The position numbers were made by a program, and so were the translations under genes. Below are positions 32,309 through 42,359 of a stretch of DNA of 59,894 bases, piece by piece; position 1 is the stretch's first letter; each line of letters begins with the position of its first letter. Source of the stretch: a virus (Duplodnaviria > Heunggongvirae > Uroviricota > Caudoviricetes); the IMG/VR virus record IMGVR_UViG_2974697560_000001; one strand, 5' to 3'. The notes under the pieces were generated by a model, which saw nothing but the letters and a program-made list of their open reading frames with translations, had not been told where the DNA came from and ran no database searches.

Positions 32309-32793
32309 CGTGCCTTCTTTCTTCTCGATTCAATATGCGAGCCACTGTGCTTCGTCAGTCTGGAACCAATCCACAGGAAAATCCCGGTGGTCATTGGGAG
32401 ACTCAGCAGGACCCAGAAACAGGAGATATCATCCGAGTATGGGTACCAGACGAAGACAGTGATACTCCAGGAGACCAGACACTAGTAATCAAGTGCATGG
32501 TCCGAGGAGTCACAAACGGTGGTATTCGTGTAGCAGGAACGACCCAGCGATACTCAGAAGTTTATGAGAATATCGACTGGGCTACTTTGGTTTTCCCAAA
32601 GGGAGTCATCCTGTCAAAGCGTGACCGAATCACCAATGTCTCCAATGCAAAGGGAGACATCATCTGGAAGGAAGAGGAAATTGAAGGAGCGCCAGCAACC
32701 GTATTCATGGTTATGGGTGTGACTCCAGTCGTTGACCCATTCGGAAATCACATTGAAAATACAGCTCTGATTCAGAGGGCTCAGGTACAGTAA
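32305..32793 (+). CDS. Head-to-tail stopper
   Basis: Position and size; LSKRDRITN, VMGVTP. Confidence 0.6.
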   Translation: MTCLLSSRFNMRATVLRQSGTNPQENPGGHWETQQDPETGDIIRVWVPDEDSDTPGDQTLVIKCMVRGVTNGGIRVAGTTQRYSEVYENIDWATLVFPKGVILSKRDRITNVSNAKGDIIWKEEEIEGAPATVFMVMGVTPVVDPFGNHIENTALIQRAQVQ

Positions 32794-33593
32794 TGGCAGT
32801 GGCAAAGGGCAAGGCATTTCTTGCTGTCAATGCGGACACAATTGAAGTGTCTGCTCTCACGGGATTTATCACTGGTTTGTCAGCTAAGGTTGGCAATGAT
32901 GTGAATACAGGCCCGGTGTTGAATTACGCTCACGACAGACTGTCTGAGCGCTTTGACGCATATATGTCTGTAATAGCCCCAGCCTCACCAGGCCAATTCC
33001 ACCACGTCTATGACTGGGGAAGAATTGGTGTTCCACAAGCTCAGCTTTGGAAGAATGTACTAAGAGGTCGAGGAAATGACCGATACGCATCCTTTGAATT
33101 CAGAGCGTCTGTGTTGCCAGTCCCTTTTCCAGAAGGAGACAAGAAGCCATTCAGACGAAAGCACAGATTCATCTACAAGGCCATGATTATGGAATACAAC
33201 ATGGCTGTGACCATTCGCCCTAAGCGAGCAAAGATTTTGGCATTCCCTGTGGAAGACCGAATCATTTTCACAAAGGGACCTGTGGTTGTACAGAATCCTG
33301 GTGGTGCTGCAACCACTGGAGCATTCACAGCAGCATGGACAAGTTGGTGGACAGGAGCCGGTGCAGAGCAGGTCTTCAATTCAGAAATTAGGAAGACCCT
33401 GGAAGGAGACCTGTCAGAAAAAGCAATGGCTAGATTCATCAGAAGGTTCAAGCCAGCACGCAAGAAGGCTGTGAAGCTCTCCATTGCAGACAACAATGCC
33501 GCATTCGCAAATGGAGCCAGACTCGCAGAAGAGTTCCTTGCAGAAAGAAACAGAAAGAACGCGGCACGAAGGAGAGTAAATGACGAGCTATAA
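32793..33593 (+). CDS. Neck/tail-completion protein
   Basis: Position; FHHVYDW motif, basic. Confidence 0.55.
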   Translation: MAVAKGKAFLAVNADTIEVSALTGFITGLSAKVGNDVNTGPVLNYAHDRLSERFDAYMSVIAPASPGQFHHVYDWGRIGVPQAQLWKNVLRGRGNDRYASFEFRASVLPVPFPEGDKKPFRRKHRFIYKAMIMEYNMAVTIRPKRAKILAFPVEDRIIFTKGPVVVQNPGGAATTGAFTAAWTSWWTGAGAEQVFNSEIRKTLEGDLSEKAMARFIRRFKPARKKAVKLSIADNNAAFANGARLAEEFLAERNRKNAARRRVNDEL

Positions 33594-34086
33594 GCTAACA
33601 GGCTCACATGCAGTCAATGCCTTCACTCAGGCTAAGCTAGTAGAAGCTGGCTTTCTCAACATGACTGATTACAAAGTGCTGACACCAATCATTCCAGCAC
33701 AGCAGCAGCCAGAATTCACCAACCTCCCCAAGGGTATTCCGTTCATCGTTTACAACTATGCACAGGAAGGCACCTATCAGGACTGGTGGCTTGAGCACGA
33801 GCAGCTTGCATATGTGGTCTATACAGATGATGCAAACAAAATCAGGGACATCATTCACTATCTAACTCAGCTATATCGTAGATTCGATTGGTCTGCTGAC
33901 GAAGTAAATGAATGGCTCGGTGCCAATGGAACGGCAAACCAGAAGGCATTCGATATGAAGTACATCAGAGTAGTGAACTCAACTAGCATTGAGCCAGCTA
34001 CCGAAGAGGGCGGAAGGCATTCAGCAATGATTGTATTGCACGTTTGCTTTACTGGAGCACTCGACAACGATGGAATGAGAGTCTAG
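33580..34086 (+). CDS. Tail terminator
   Basis: Immediately before major tail protein; PFIVY motif. Confidence 0.6.
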   Translation: MTSYKLTGSHAVNAFTQAKLVEAGFLNMTDYKVLTPIIPAQQQPEFTNLPKGIPFIVYNYAQEGTYQDWWLEHEQLAYVVYTDDANKIRDIIHYLTQLYRRFDWSADEVNEWLGANGTANQKAFDMKYIRVVNSTSIEPATEEGGRHSAMIVLHVCFTGALDNDGMRV

Positions 34087-34177
34087 TTTGCTTCATAACC
34101 CCGCTGCCCTTAACATAATCTTGAGGAAGTGCTCTAGCCAAGCAACACTTTTTCAAGAAAAGAGGTGAAAGAAAAAC

Positions 34178-34801
34178 ATGGCATATCAGGTTAAGAACAT
34201 TATCATTGGTGCAGCAGCGGTTTACCTATCAGCGGAAGACTCCACTGAGTGGACAGCAGCGCCAACCCTTCCAACCGTATCCGGAACTGCTAGCATGACC
34301 CCTGCTCTCGATGGAGACGCATCATGGAAGCACTCTGGTTTTACGTCCGAAGGTGTCGAGGTTTCTTACGAGCCAGACTACGGTGAGGTAGAAGTTGACC
34401 AGCTTCTCGACTCCGCTAAGCTATTCAAGCAGTCTATGCGAGTAATGGTTAACACCACCTTCTCAGAGGCTACTCTTGAGAACCTTCTCATCGTTTGGGG
34501 ACAGCAGAACACCACCCTGACTTCCGGTGCAAGTGATACCACTCTCGGAATTTCAGCAGGTGCTCTTGGTGACGAGCCAACCGAGCGTTCCGTAGCCTTT
34601 GTAGGCCCTGCACCACGTGCAGATGCCGGTACAAAGAGAGAGCGTGTATACCACGTACGACGTGCTCTATCAATTGAGTCTTCTTCTCATTCACTGAGGA
34701 GAAATGAGGCAACGGTATTCCCAGTCTCATTCCGACTTCTTCCAGACCCAAGCTTCTCAGGTCAGGAGTACGGTGTGATTAAGGACAGGAACATCGCCTA
34801 A
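34178..34801 (+). CDS. Major tail (tube) protein
   Basis: NIIIGAA, GFTSEGVEVSYEP, FSEATLENL; promoter TTGCTT-17-TAACAT upstream. Confidence 0.88.
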   Translation: MAYQVKNIIIGAAAVYLSAEDSTEWTAAPTLPTVSGTASMTPALDGDASWKHSGFTSEGVEVSYEPDYGEVEVDQLLDSAKLFKQSMRVMVNTTFSEATLENLLIVWGQQNTTLTSGASDTTLGISAGALGDEPTERSVAFVGPAPRADAGTKRERVYHVRRALSIESSSHSLRRNEATVFPVSFRLLPDPSFSGQEYGVIKDRNIA

Positions 34802-34820
34802 TCCGATGACTTTCAGCGTC

Positions 34821-34842
34821 AGCCCCCGAAAGGGGGCTTTCG
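34821..34842 (+). terminator. Terminator
   Basis: AGCCCCC-GAAA-GGGGGCT-TT. Confidence 0.75.
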
Positions 34843-34898
34843 CATTTTGGATTATGAGAACCCATTGATATAATCAAGTTAAACACATAGGAGGAAAT

Positions 34899-35243
34899 GT
34901 GGCAACACAGGTTTACACAGTCGAAGAGATTGTTCTACAGGATGGCACTGAGGTAACTCTCAAGCCACTGAACATTAAGAATCTCCGACGATTCATGAAG
35001 AAGTTCAAGGAAATTGAGAAGCTAAAGGAAGACGACGAGGTAGTTGACTTCCTGATTGAAGTTGGACAGCTATGTCTCTCATCTCTGTACAAGGAGTACG
35101 AGGACACAGAAAAGTTCGAGGACGCAGTTGATATGCCAACGGTTCACAAGATTATCGAAATCTGTGGAGGGGTTAAGTTGAATGACCCGGAACTGATGGC
35201 CGCAGCGGCGGCAGTGATGGAGCAGCAAGCTGGGACGAGCTGA
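34899..35243 (+). CDS. Tail assembly chaperone
   Basis: Between tail tube and tape measure; AGGAGG RBS, GTG start. Confidence 0.8.
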   Translation: MATQVYTVEEIVLQDGTEVTLKPLNIKNLRRFMKKFKEIEKLKEDDEVVDFLIEVGQLCLSSLYKEYEDTEKFEDAVDMPTVHKIIEICGGVKLNDPELMAAAAAVMEQQAGTS

Positions 35244-35542
35244 ATCTAACTCAGCTTGAAGCAGAACTTTTCCTGCTAGGCATTTGGAAAAATTTCGAAG
35301 AGATTGAAGAAAATCTGACATTGGCAGAACTGGAGAAACTACTAGAAGTAAAGCGAGACCAGGACTGGCAGAATAAGAAATTCGCGGCAGCGTTGAAGGG
35401 TATCGACCTAGATGAACCACAAGACAAGGAAGCTGCAACCTTCGATGACATCAAGCGCAGAGCAGAAGCCAAGAACAGAGGCGTATCAGCCGAGGAGCTG
35501 GAGTTTGCTGAGATTGGCATTGGAATAGAAGGAGATGACTGA
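35186..35542 (+). CDS. Tail assembly chaperone -1 frame extension
   Basis: -1 frame open from 35186: ...SWDELNLTQLEAELFLLGIWKNFEEIEENL...; no good independent start. Confidence 0.6.
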   Translation, partial: PGTDGRSGGSDGAASWDELNLTQLEAELFLLGIWKNFEEIEENLTLAELEKLLEVKRDQDWQNKKFAAALKGIDLDEPQDKEAATFDDIKRRAEAKNRGVSAEELEFAEIGIGIEGDD

Positions 35543-38500
35543 CAATAGAGAACATTAATATCCGCTTTAGTGCTACTGCGGACTTCCGTGCGGCTCGAAC
35601 TGAAATCGAAGCCATTAACGCTCAGCTTGCAGCAATGCAGGCTAATTTGGCGCGCGGAATGACGCCAGCAGCCCTTGCAACAAATCAGGCGGCATTCAGG
35701 AATCAGGTTCGCAGTCTTGGTAGCATGACTACCGAGACAATGCGTGTTGCCTCCGCGTCTGAGATGTACACCAAGGCGCTTCTAAAGGAAGATATTACTG
35801 TTCGTCAGGCTCTAAAGAACCGAACCACATTCAACCAGGTTCTTCGTGAGCAGTACCAGTTGAGTAGAGCCGCTTCAATGCAGTGGAGCACAAACACTCG
35901 TGGCGGCTCTACCATGGACCTCATCGTTCCTCGTGACGCTCCAGAGCGTCTAGGTAAATTCCGTCAAACACTTAGCGCTGTGCGTGCTGGAACCATTTCC
36001 ACAAACGTAGCGCTAGGCGAGATGGCCATCAAGATGGGTCTCGTCAGTCAGGTTGCTGCCTCTGCTGGTGCCAACATGATTAAGTGGGGTAAGAATACTC
36101 AGTGGGCTGGTCGTCAGCTAATGGTTGGTTTGACCCTTCCAGTAGTTGCGGCCGGTGCTGCAATGGGTAAGCTTGCCTATGACGTAGAAGCTCAGATGAC
36201 TCGTATCAATAAGGTATACGACTTCTCAGCGACCAAGGACCAGAACGCAGCAAAGAATGCACAGGAAACTGCAACCCTCAGAGCTAACTCTATGAGGGCT
36301 GCTAAGACTGCCGCTGAGCAGTATGGTGCATCAATGAAGGACACCCTAACCGTAGAAGCTAACCTAGCAGCGACCGGTGAGAAGGGTAATGAGCTTATCG
36401 GTAAGACCACCGAGGTTATGCGCCTTGCAACCCTTGGTGAAATGGATTACCAGAAGGCTCTGGAAACCACCATTACATTGCAGTCAGTTTATGGTGACAA
36501 TACCTCTAAGCTAGCCGAAGACTTCAACTACATGAACGCGGTAGAGAATGCAACATCTCTATCCATTGAAGACTTCTCAAAGGCTCTGCCAAAGGTAGCT
36601 GCACCTATGAAGACTCTTGGTGGTACTATCCAGGATGTTGGTACTTTGCTTGTAGCCATGCGTGCTCGCGGTATCAATGCAGTCGAAGGTGCAAACGCAA
36701 TTAAGGCGTCCTTCACCCGAGTACTCAAGCCAACCAAGCAGGCCAAGGACATGTTCGAAATCTTCACCAAGCAGTCATTGACAGAGCTTACTGACAAGAC
36801 TAATGGTGAGGTAATTCCTACGTTCCAGGCATTGCAGAAGGCTACAGCTAACCTGACTGGTAAGCGTCGTCAGGCTCTATTCGCCTCTCTATTCGGTACC
36901 CAGCAGACCACTCGTTTGCAGGCAATCGTTGAAGAAATGGCTAACCTAAATGACGAGACAACTCAGGTAGGTAAGGCTTATCAGATTGCTAAGCAGGAGT
37001 CTTCTACATGGGCTGATAGTGCAAGCCGAGAGATGGACCAGCTACAGCAGTCCGCTTCTGGTCGTCTAAAGATTGCCATTGAGTCTCTAAAGGTTCAGCT
37101 AGCCGAAGCCGGAAAGCCGTTCCTTGAGATTGCAGGGTACATCGTAAAGGGTGTAACTGCTATTGTCAAGGCATTCAATGACCTTCCAGGACCAGTCAAG
37201 TCATTTGCTACCATTGCAATTATTGCCGGTGCTATTGCCGGTCCTATCATCATGCTCGTAGGTCTGTTCGCCAACTTGGCAGGACAGGCAGTCAAGATGG
37301 GTGCAGGTCTTCTTGGACTCGTATTCCGATTCCGTGCACTTCTACCAGAGCAGGTAGCATCACGTCTTGCCTCAATGCAGCAGACGGCAGCAATGCAAAC
37401 ACAGCAGGGCCAGACCCAGGCTCTTATCGCAACGGTAAATGAACTTACCGCAGCCCTTGGACGAGCTACAGCAGCTCAGCAGGGGCTTACTCAGGCTTCC
37501 CGAACAGGCCAGGCAGCAATGGGACTAAGGCCAGGCGTAGTTTCTGGCGCTCCAATTCCTGTTAATCCTACGACCCCTAGGCCAACCACTCCAGTTGTTG
37601 GTCCAATTACGCCTACCGCAGCAGGATATCGTGACTCAACTGGTCGTGCACTTACCACAGCAGAGGTAAGGAATTGGCAGGCAGCACAGGCGGCATCTGC
37701 AAGCATTAACCAGAATGCAGCAGCAACTCGTCGTAACTGGACTCAGATGGGTAGCAGCTTCCAGAACCTAGCACTCGGTGCAGGATTCATGGGTGCAATG
37801 GTTACTGATTCTGGAACAATGGCAAACAACATTTCCCAGATGCTTATTCCTCTAGCTCTATTTGGCCCTATGCTTATCGGTCCAATCGCCAAGTTTGCTG
37901 GAGCCATTAAGACTCTCGTCATGCCAGCCATTAGTGCAATTGGTAGTGCAGCCAGCTCTGCATTCGGAACTGTCGCCACAAGAGGCCGGGCAGCAATGGG
38001 TGCCGTTCGTACTTCTATTGGTGGAGCTGTTGCAGCAATGGGTGGACTAAGCGCAGTCATGGGAACCGTCCTTGCCGTAGCTCTAGCAATTGGTGCAGCC
38101 TGGTACATCATTAACAAGAATGTCGCTGCCTCTCGTAAGGAGCAGGAGAACATTGAAAAGTCCGCTGACGCATGGGCCAAGACTCTTGGATTCACCTACA
38201 CCGAGCAGCAGAAGATTGTTGCTCAGGGAACTCACAATGTCGATTCTCTGAACGACAAGATGAATGAATTCAAGAAGAACAACAAGGATGCCTATCAGGA
38301 TATTCAGAAGTTCTACGATGCAGACGAGGCAGAGAAGTGGGGCCGTGCAATTGAAGAGGGTGTAAAGGTTCGTCTTCACGGTGGTACCGTAAGTGCCGCC
38401 CAGGAAGCCGTAAAGACCTCTCTTGCAATCATGGGTCAGCGCTACAGTAATGCCGAGTTCCAGTACAAGCTAAAGGCACAGATTGACTTTGACGACGTTT

Positions 38501-41500
38501 CTCAGGTTATCGAGAAGCGTCTAAAGGACGCTGCCACGGATATGCGTGACGCTACCAATTTGAAGTTTGACCAGTCTAAGTCTGAAAGCTTTGGACGATT
38601 CTTCGCCAACCCAGGAACCATTCAGCAGAAGGCCGGTGAAGCAATGAAGGCCAATGCTAAGGACCTTTGGGACATCTATGACAACACTCAGGAAGCAGAG
38701 AAGAAGAAGGTATTCGATAAGATTGCCGAGTCTGTAAACTCTGAATCAGTTCGTCTATTCGAGACCTACAAGAAGAAGTATTCCAAGGAATTCAAGAAGA
38801 TGGGAATCGAGACCTTCAAGGACTGGACTGACTATCTGAACAAGGACAGCAACATCGAATCTGGTGTGGCTGACACTGCCCTCGGTGTAAAGCTCGGACT
38901 TGACGATGGAGAAATTCACAAGGTTCAGAGAGCTGCCGACGCTGTAAAGGGATTCTCTAAGGAATTCGCTGACATGCAGGGTATTCCAAAGGGTAAGGCT
39001 GGAGTCAACTTCAATGACCTGTCAAAGGAAATCCCTGAGCTACAGAAGACCAAGCAGGAGCTATGGTCTGTTAAGCAAGCTGAGGATGGATACTACACGG
39101 CACTTCGTGAAAGAAGTCGAGTCGGTGTAGAGACCAGCAATGCCGAAAAGCTTAACCAGCTCAATATCTATCGTAGATTGGCCGGTCTGGAAGAGGCTAC
39201 CTCTCTTGAGCAGGGATTCCAGAAGGAACTTGACAAGAGCACCGATTCTCTAAAGGAAAACATGGACGCATGGGAAGCAAACTCTGACAACATCGGAGAC
39301 TTCACTGACGCCTATAAGGGAGTCATGTCTAATACTCGTGACGAGGCGCTTGGTCAGGCAGAGAATCTTCTCAACGACCAGATGCAGGGAGAAATCGATG
39401 GCATCAATGCACGCTCCGAGGCACGCTCAAAGGCTCTGGACGCTGCTCAGGAAAGAGCAGATAAGAGATTCGATGAGCGACAGGACCGTACAGAAAAGCG
39501 TTTCGAGGCGAAGCAGGAAGCTCTTGACAACAAGTACGAGAAGAAGCAGAAGGCGTTCGACAAGAAGTGGGACAATATCATGGAGAACCATGATAAGAAG
39601 TGGGAAGGTCGAACTGATTCTATCAACAAGGCGTACGATGCCAAGGTAAAGAAGATTGAAGATGCTATTAAGGCTGAGGAGAAGGCCGAGCAGAAGCGTC
39701 AGGAAATCTTCGAAAAGGAAAAGACTCGTATCCAGCGCATGGCGTCTCTTGCCAATCAGAACATTGACTTCAACATGGCTATCAATTCAGGTAACCTTGA
39801 TGAGGCTGCAAAGATTGGTAACAACATCCAGGCGGATATGGATTCCTGGGCTACCGAGGATGCTTCCGCAGCTAGCCAGTCTGCATCTGACAAGAAGATT
39901 GAATCTCTCAACAATCAGAAGACAACTGTTGAGGCCGAAAGAGACCGTCGTCTCAAGGTCATTCAGCAGATGGAAGAGGCCGAAAAGAAGCAGCTACAGG
40001 CACGTAAGGAGCGTGAGCAGGAAGCTCTAAACGCTCAGCGCGAGGCTGCCAACAAGGCTTTGCAGCTTGCTCGTGAGACAGCTCTTAAGAGAATTCAGAT
40101 TGAGCGTGAGTCCTACAACAAGGGAATTCAGGCTCAGCGTGAAGCATTGCAGAAGGAAACTCAGGACAAGATTAAGGCGACGCAGAGAAAGTATGAAGCT
40201 GCTAAGCGTGCAATTGAGCTTGAGCTTGCAACCCTAAAGGCATTCGTTCCACGTAACAAGAAGGAACTCGATGAGCAAATCAAGAAGATTGAAGCCGCTT
40301 ACTCCAAGTACGGTGTAAATCTAAAGGGTAAGGGTAATGACTGGTCCAAGTACATCAAGGACAGCCTTAACAAGAACGTCAGCGCCGCTGCGTCCGACCT
40401 CAAGAACAAGATTGCTTGGGATAAGATTGCAAAGAGCGTAGCCAGTGAGATTTCCGAAGGTGCATTCGGTCTTACCATTGGTCAGTTCTCCGATTGGGTT
40501 TCAACCGGTAAGCTTCCTAAGTCTGGTCTAAATGAGAAGTCTGGAAAGAACAAGTCTCTAGACGCTCACCACGAGGGTGGTCTTATTGGCGGAAAGTCCG
40601 GTGGTTCAGGTAGAACTGGATACTCTGGTGGCCGTGCTCACTCTGAGCTAGATATTCGTGCCAAGAAGGGCGAATACATGATGAAGGACAAGGCCGTAAA
40701 GAAGTACGGTGTTGACTTCATGGAGAACATCAATGCTGGAAAGCTTGGAACAGGTGGTATCGGTGGAGCCGAAGGAATGGGTCTACCAGGTCTTCTTGGT
40801 GCTGGAATGGCCGGTATGATGCAGGCTATGATTCAGAAGGGTATTCAGCAGGGTGCCGACATGGCTCTCATGATGGGTATTGATGGAATGGGTATTCCAG
40901 GTGCAGCCGGTATGTACGGAAACGTAATGCTTAATGGTGAGCAGCTACAGAATGCCGCAACCATTATTGCAACCGGTAAGGGAATGGGTGCAAACCAGAC
41001 TGACCTTATCGTTTCCATCATGACCGCTATGCAGGAGTCCACTCTAAGGAACCTTAACTACGGTGACCGTGACTCTCTTGGTCTGTTCCAGCAGCGTCCT
41101 TCACAGGGTTGGGGAACTCCTGAGCAGATTCGTACTCCTTCTTATGCAGCACGTAAGTTCTTCGAGCACTTGCTTGCAATGAAGGGTCGCGGAAAGCTAC
41201 CTCTATGGGAGCAGGCTCAGAGGGTTCAGCGTTCTGGATTCCCAATGGCTTACGCAAAGTGGGAAGCAATGGCGCGAGCGGTTGTGGCTGGAACTGGATT
41301 CAAGGCATTTGGAAGTGGCGCAAAGCGTCGTCCAGTAAATGGCCCGGTATCCAGAGACTATGCTCACCACTCAAACCTACCACGAGCTACTGACTTCGGT
41401 GTAGGAGTAGGCACACCAGTCTACGCAGCAATGAACGGTAATGTCACCACCTCTACGGACCTCCGTGGAAACGGCAATGGCGGATACCGCTCATATGGTC

Positions 41501-41958
41501 GCTACGTCGTAGTTCAGAATGGCTCTGAGAAGACTCTGTATGCTCACCTCAGCAGAAGAAGTGTAGGCGCTGGTTCCAGTGTTCGCGCAGGACAGCTACT
41601 TGGTTACTCCGGTAATACAGGTAACTCCACTGGTCCTCACCTTCACTTTGAAACCTGGCGCGGTGGACAGACAGTTCCTCCAGGTACCTTTGGAATCCCT
41701 GGTCTTGCAGTAGGTGGAAAGATTAAGTACGACAACACCATTGCAAACCTTCACAAGAATGAGGCAGTTCTTACAGCTCCACTCACAGCAAAGCTTGAGA
41801 GTGGAATTGACAAGATTGACTCAGGAGGCGGTAACACGTACAATTTCACTATCAACGCAGACGGTGGAATTAACACCGAAATTGATTTTGAAAAGGTTGT
41901 TACTCGTGCTCTCGATAAGATTGAGAGCAAGAAGGGAAGGAGCAGGGTGGTTAAGTAA
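35539..41958 (+). CDS. Tape measure protein with C-terminal transglycosylase-like and M23 peptidase domains
   Basis: Long helical ORF; AMQESTLRNLNYGDRDSLGLFQQRP; YAHL...GNSTGPHLHFE; frame open from CTG 35539 (first ATG 35635). Confidence 0.92.
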   Translation: MTIENINIRFSATADFRAARTEIEAINAQLAAMQANLARGMTPAALATNQAAFRNQVRSLGSMTTETMRVASASEMYTKALLKEDITVRQALKNRTTFNQVLREQYQLSRAASMQWSTNTRGGSTMDLIVPRDAPERLGKFRQTLSAVRAGTISTNVALGEMAIKMGLVSQVAASAGANMIKWGKNTQWAGRQLMVGLTLPVVAAGAAMGKLAYDVEAQMTRINKVYDFSATKDQNAAKNAQETATLRANSMRAAKTAAEQYGASMKDTLTVEANLAATGEKGNELIGKTTEVMRLATLGEMDYQKALETTITLQSVYGDNTSKLAEDFNYMNAVENATSLSIEDFSKALPKVAAPMKTLGGTIQDVGTLLVAMRARGINAVEGANAIKASFTRVLKPTKQAKDMFEIFTKQSLTELTDKTNGEVIPTFQALQKATANLTGKRRQALFASLFGTQQTTRLQAIVEEMANLNDETTQVGKAYQIAKQESSTWADSASREMDQLQQSASGRLKIAIESLKVQLAEAGKPFLEIAGYIVKGVTAIVKAFNDLPGPVKSFATIAIIAGAIAGPIIMLVGLFANLAGQAVKMGAGLLGLVFRFRALLPEQVASRLASMQQTAAMQTQQGQTQALIATVNELTAALGRATAAQQGLTQASRTGQAAMGLRPGVVSGAPIPVNPTTPRPTTPVVGPITPTAAGYRDSTGRALTTAEVRNWQAAQAASASINQNAAATRRNWTQMGSSFQNLALGAGFMGAMVTDSGTMANNISQMLIPLALFGPMLIGPIAKFAGAIKTLVMPAISAIGSAASSAFGTVATRGRAAMGAVRTSIGGAVAAMGGLSAVMGTVLAVALAIGAAWYIINKNVAASRKEQENIEKSADAWAKTLGFTYTEQQKIVAQGTHNVDSLNDKMNEFKKNNKDAYQDIQKFYDADEAEKWGRAIEEGVKVRLHGGTVSAAQEAVKTSLAIMGQRYSNAEFQYKLKAQIDFDDVSQVIEKRLKDAATDMRDATNLKFDQSKSESFGRFFANPGTIQQKAGEAMKANAKDLWDIYDNTQEAEKKKVFDKIAESVNSESVRLFETYKKKYSKEFKKMGIETFKDWTDYLNKDSNIESGVADTALGVKLGLDDGEIHKVQRAADAVKGFSKEFADMQGIPKGKAGVNFNDLSKEIPELQKTKQELWSVKQAEDGYYTALRERSRVGVETSNAEKLNQLNIYRRLAGLEEATSLEQGFQKELDKSTDSLKENMDAWEANSDNIGDFTDAYKGVMSNTRDEALGQAENLLNDQMQGEIDGINARSEARSKALDAAQERADKRFDERQDRTEKRFEAKQEALDNKYEKKQKAFDKKWDNIMENHDKKWEGRTDSINKAYDAKVKKIEDAIKAEEKAEQKRQEIFEKEKTRIQRMASLANQNIDFNMAINSGNLDEAAKIGNNIQADMDSWATEDASAASQSASDKKIESLNNQKTTVEAERDRRLKVIQQMEEAEKKQLQARKEREQEALNAQREAANKALQLARETALKRIQIERESYNKGIQAQREALQKETQDKIKATQRKYEAAKRAIELELATLKAFVPRNKKELDEQIKKIEAAYSKYGVNLKGKGNDWSKYIKDSLNKNVSAAASDLKNKIAWDKIAKSVASEISEGAFGLTIGQFSDWVSTGKLPKSGLNEKSGKNKSLDAHHEGGLIGGKSGGSGRTGYSGGRAHSELDIRAKKGEYMMKDKAVKKYGVDFMENINAGKLGTGGIGGAEGMGLPGLLGAGMAGMMQAMIQKGIQQGADMALMMGIDGMGIPGAAGMYGNVMLNGEQLQNAATIIATGKGMGANQTDLIVSIMTAMQESTLRNLNYGDRDSLGLFQQRPSQGWGTPEQIRTPSYAARKFFEHLLAMKGRGKLPLWEQAQRVQRSGFPMAYAKWEAMARAVVAGTGFKAFGSGAKRRPVNGPVSRDYAHHSNLPRATDFGVGVGTPVYAAMNGNVTTSTDLRGNGNGGYRSYGRYVVVQNGSEKTLYAHLSRRSVGAGSSVRAGQLLGYSGNTGNSTGPHLHFETWRGGQTVPPGTFGIPGLAVGGKIKYDNTIANLHKNEAVLTAPLTAKLESGIDKIDSGGGNTYNFTINADGGINTEIDFEKVVTRALDKIESKKGRSRVVK

Positions 41959-42359
41959 TGGCTATGACATTTGCGAAGCCAAGACTTATGCGCTGGAACA
42001 ACAATGCGATTACTGACCATAATCGTGGTGAACTCTCAATCGACGTTGAGCGAATTGAGAAGAAGCAGCGCATGGCCGATGGAACAATGAGAAAGTACAT
42101 TGTCGCAGACAAGCGTACTTTCAGCGTCCAGTGGCAGAATCTACCGCATTCCTCCTCCTATACGGTAGACGGTTTCTGGGGTGCGCGTCAATTGAAGTCT
42201 TTCTATGACGCCACCCCAGGAGCCTTCACTTTGGAAGTGACGTATGGAGATGGAACAGTGGAAACATACCAGGTCATGTTTTCTGACTTCAACATGAGCC
42301 TGAATAAGCGTGGAGCTTACGATTTCTACGAAGTCACAGTGTCAATGGAACAGGTATAA
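41958..42359 (+). CDS. Minor tail protein (distal-tail-like)
   Basis: After TMP; RIEKKQRMADGTMRKY. Confidence 0.7.
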   Translation: MAMTFAKPRLMRWNNNAITDHNRGELSIDVERIEKKQRMADGTMRKYIVADKRTFSVQWQNLPHSSSYTVDGFWGARQLKSFYDATPGAFTLEVTYGDGTVETYQVMFSDFNMSLNKRGAYDFYEVTVSMEQV

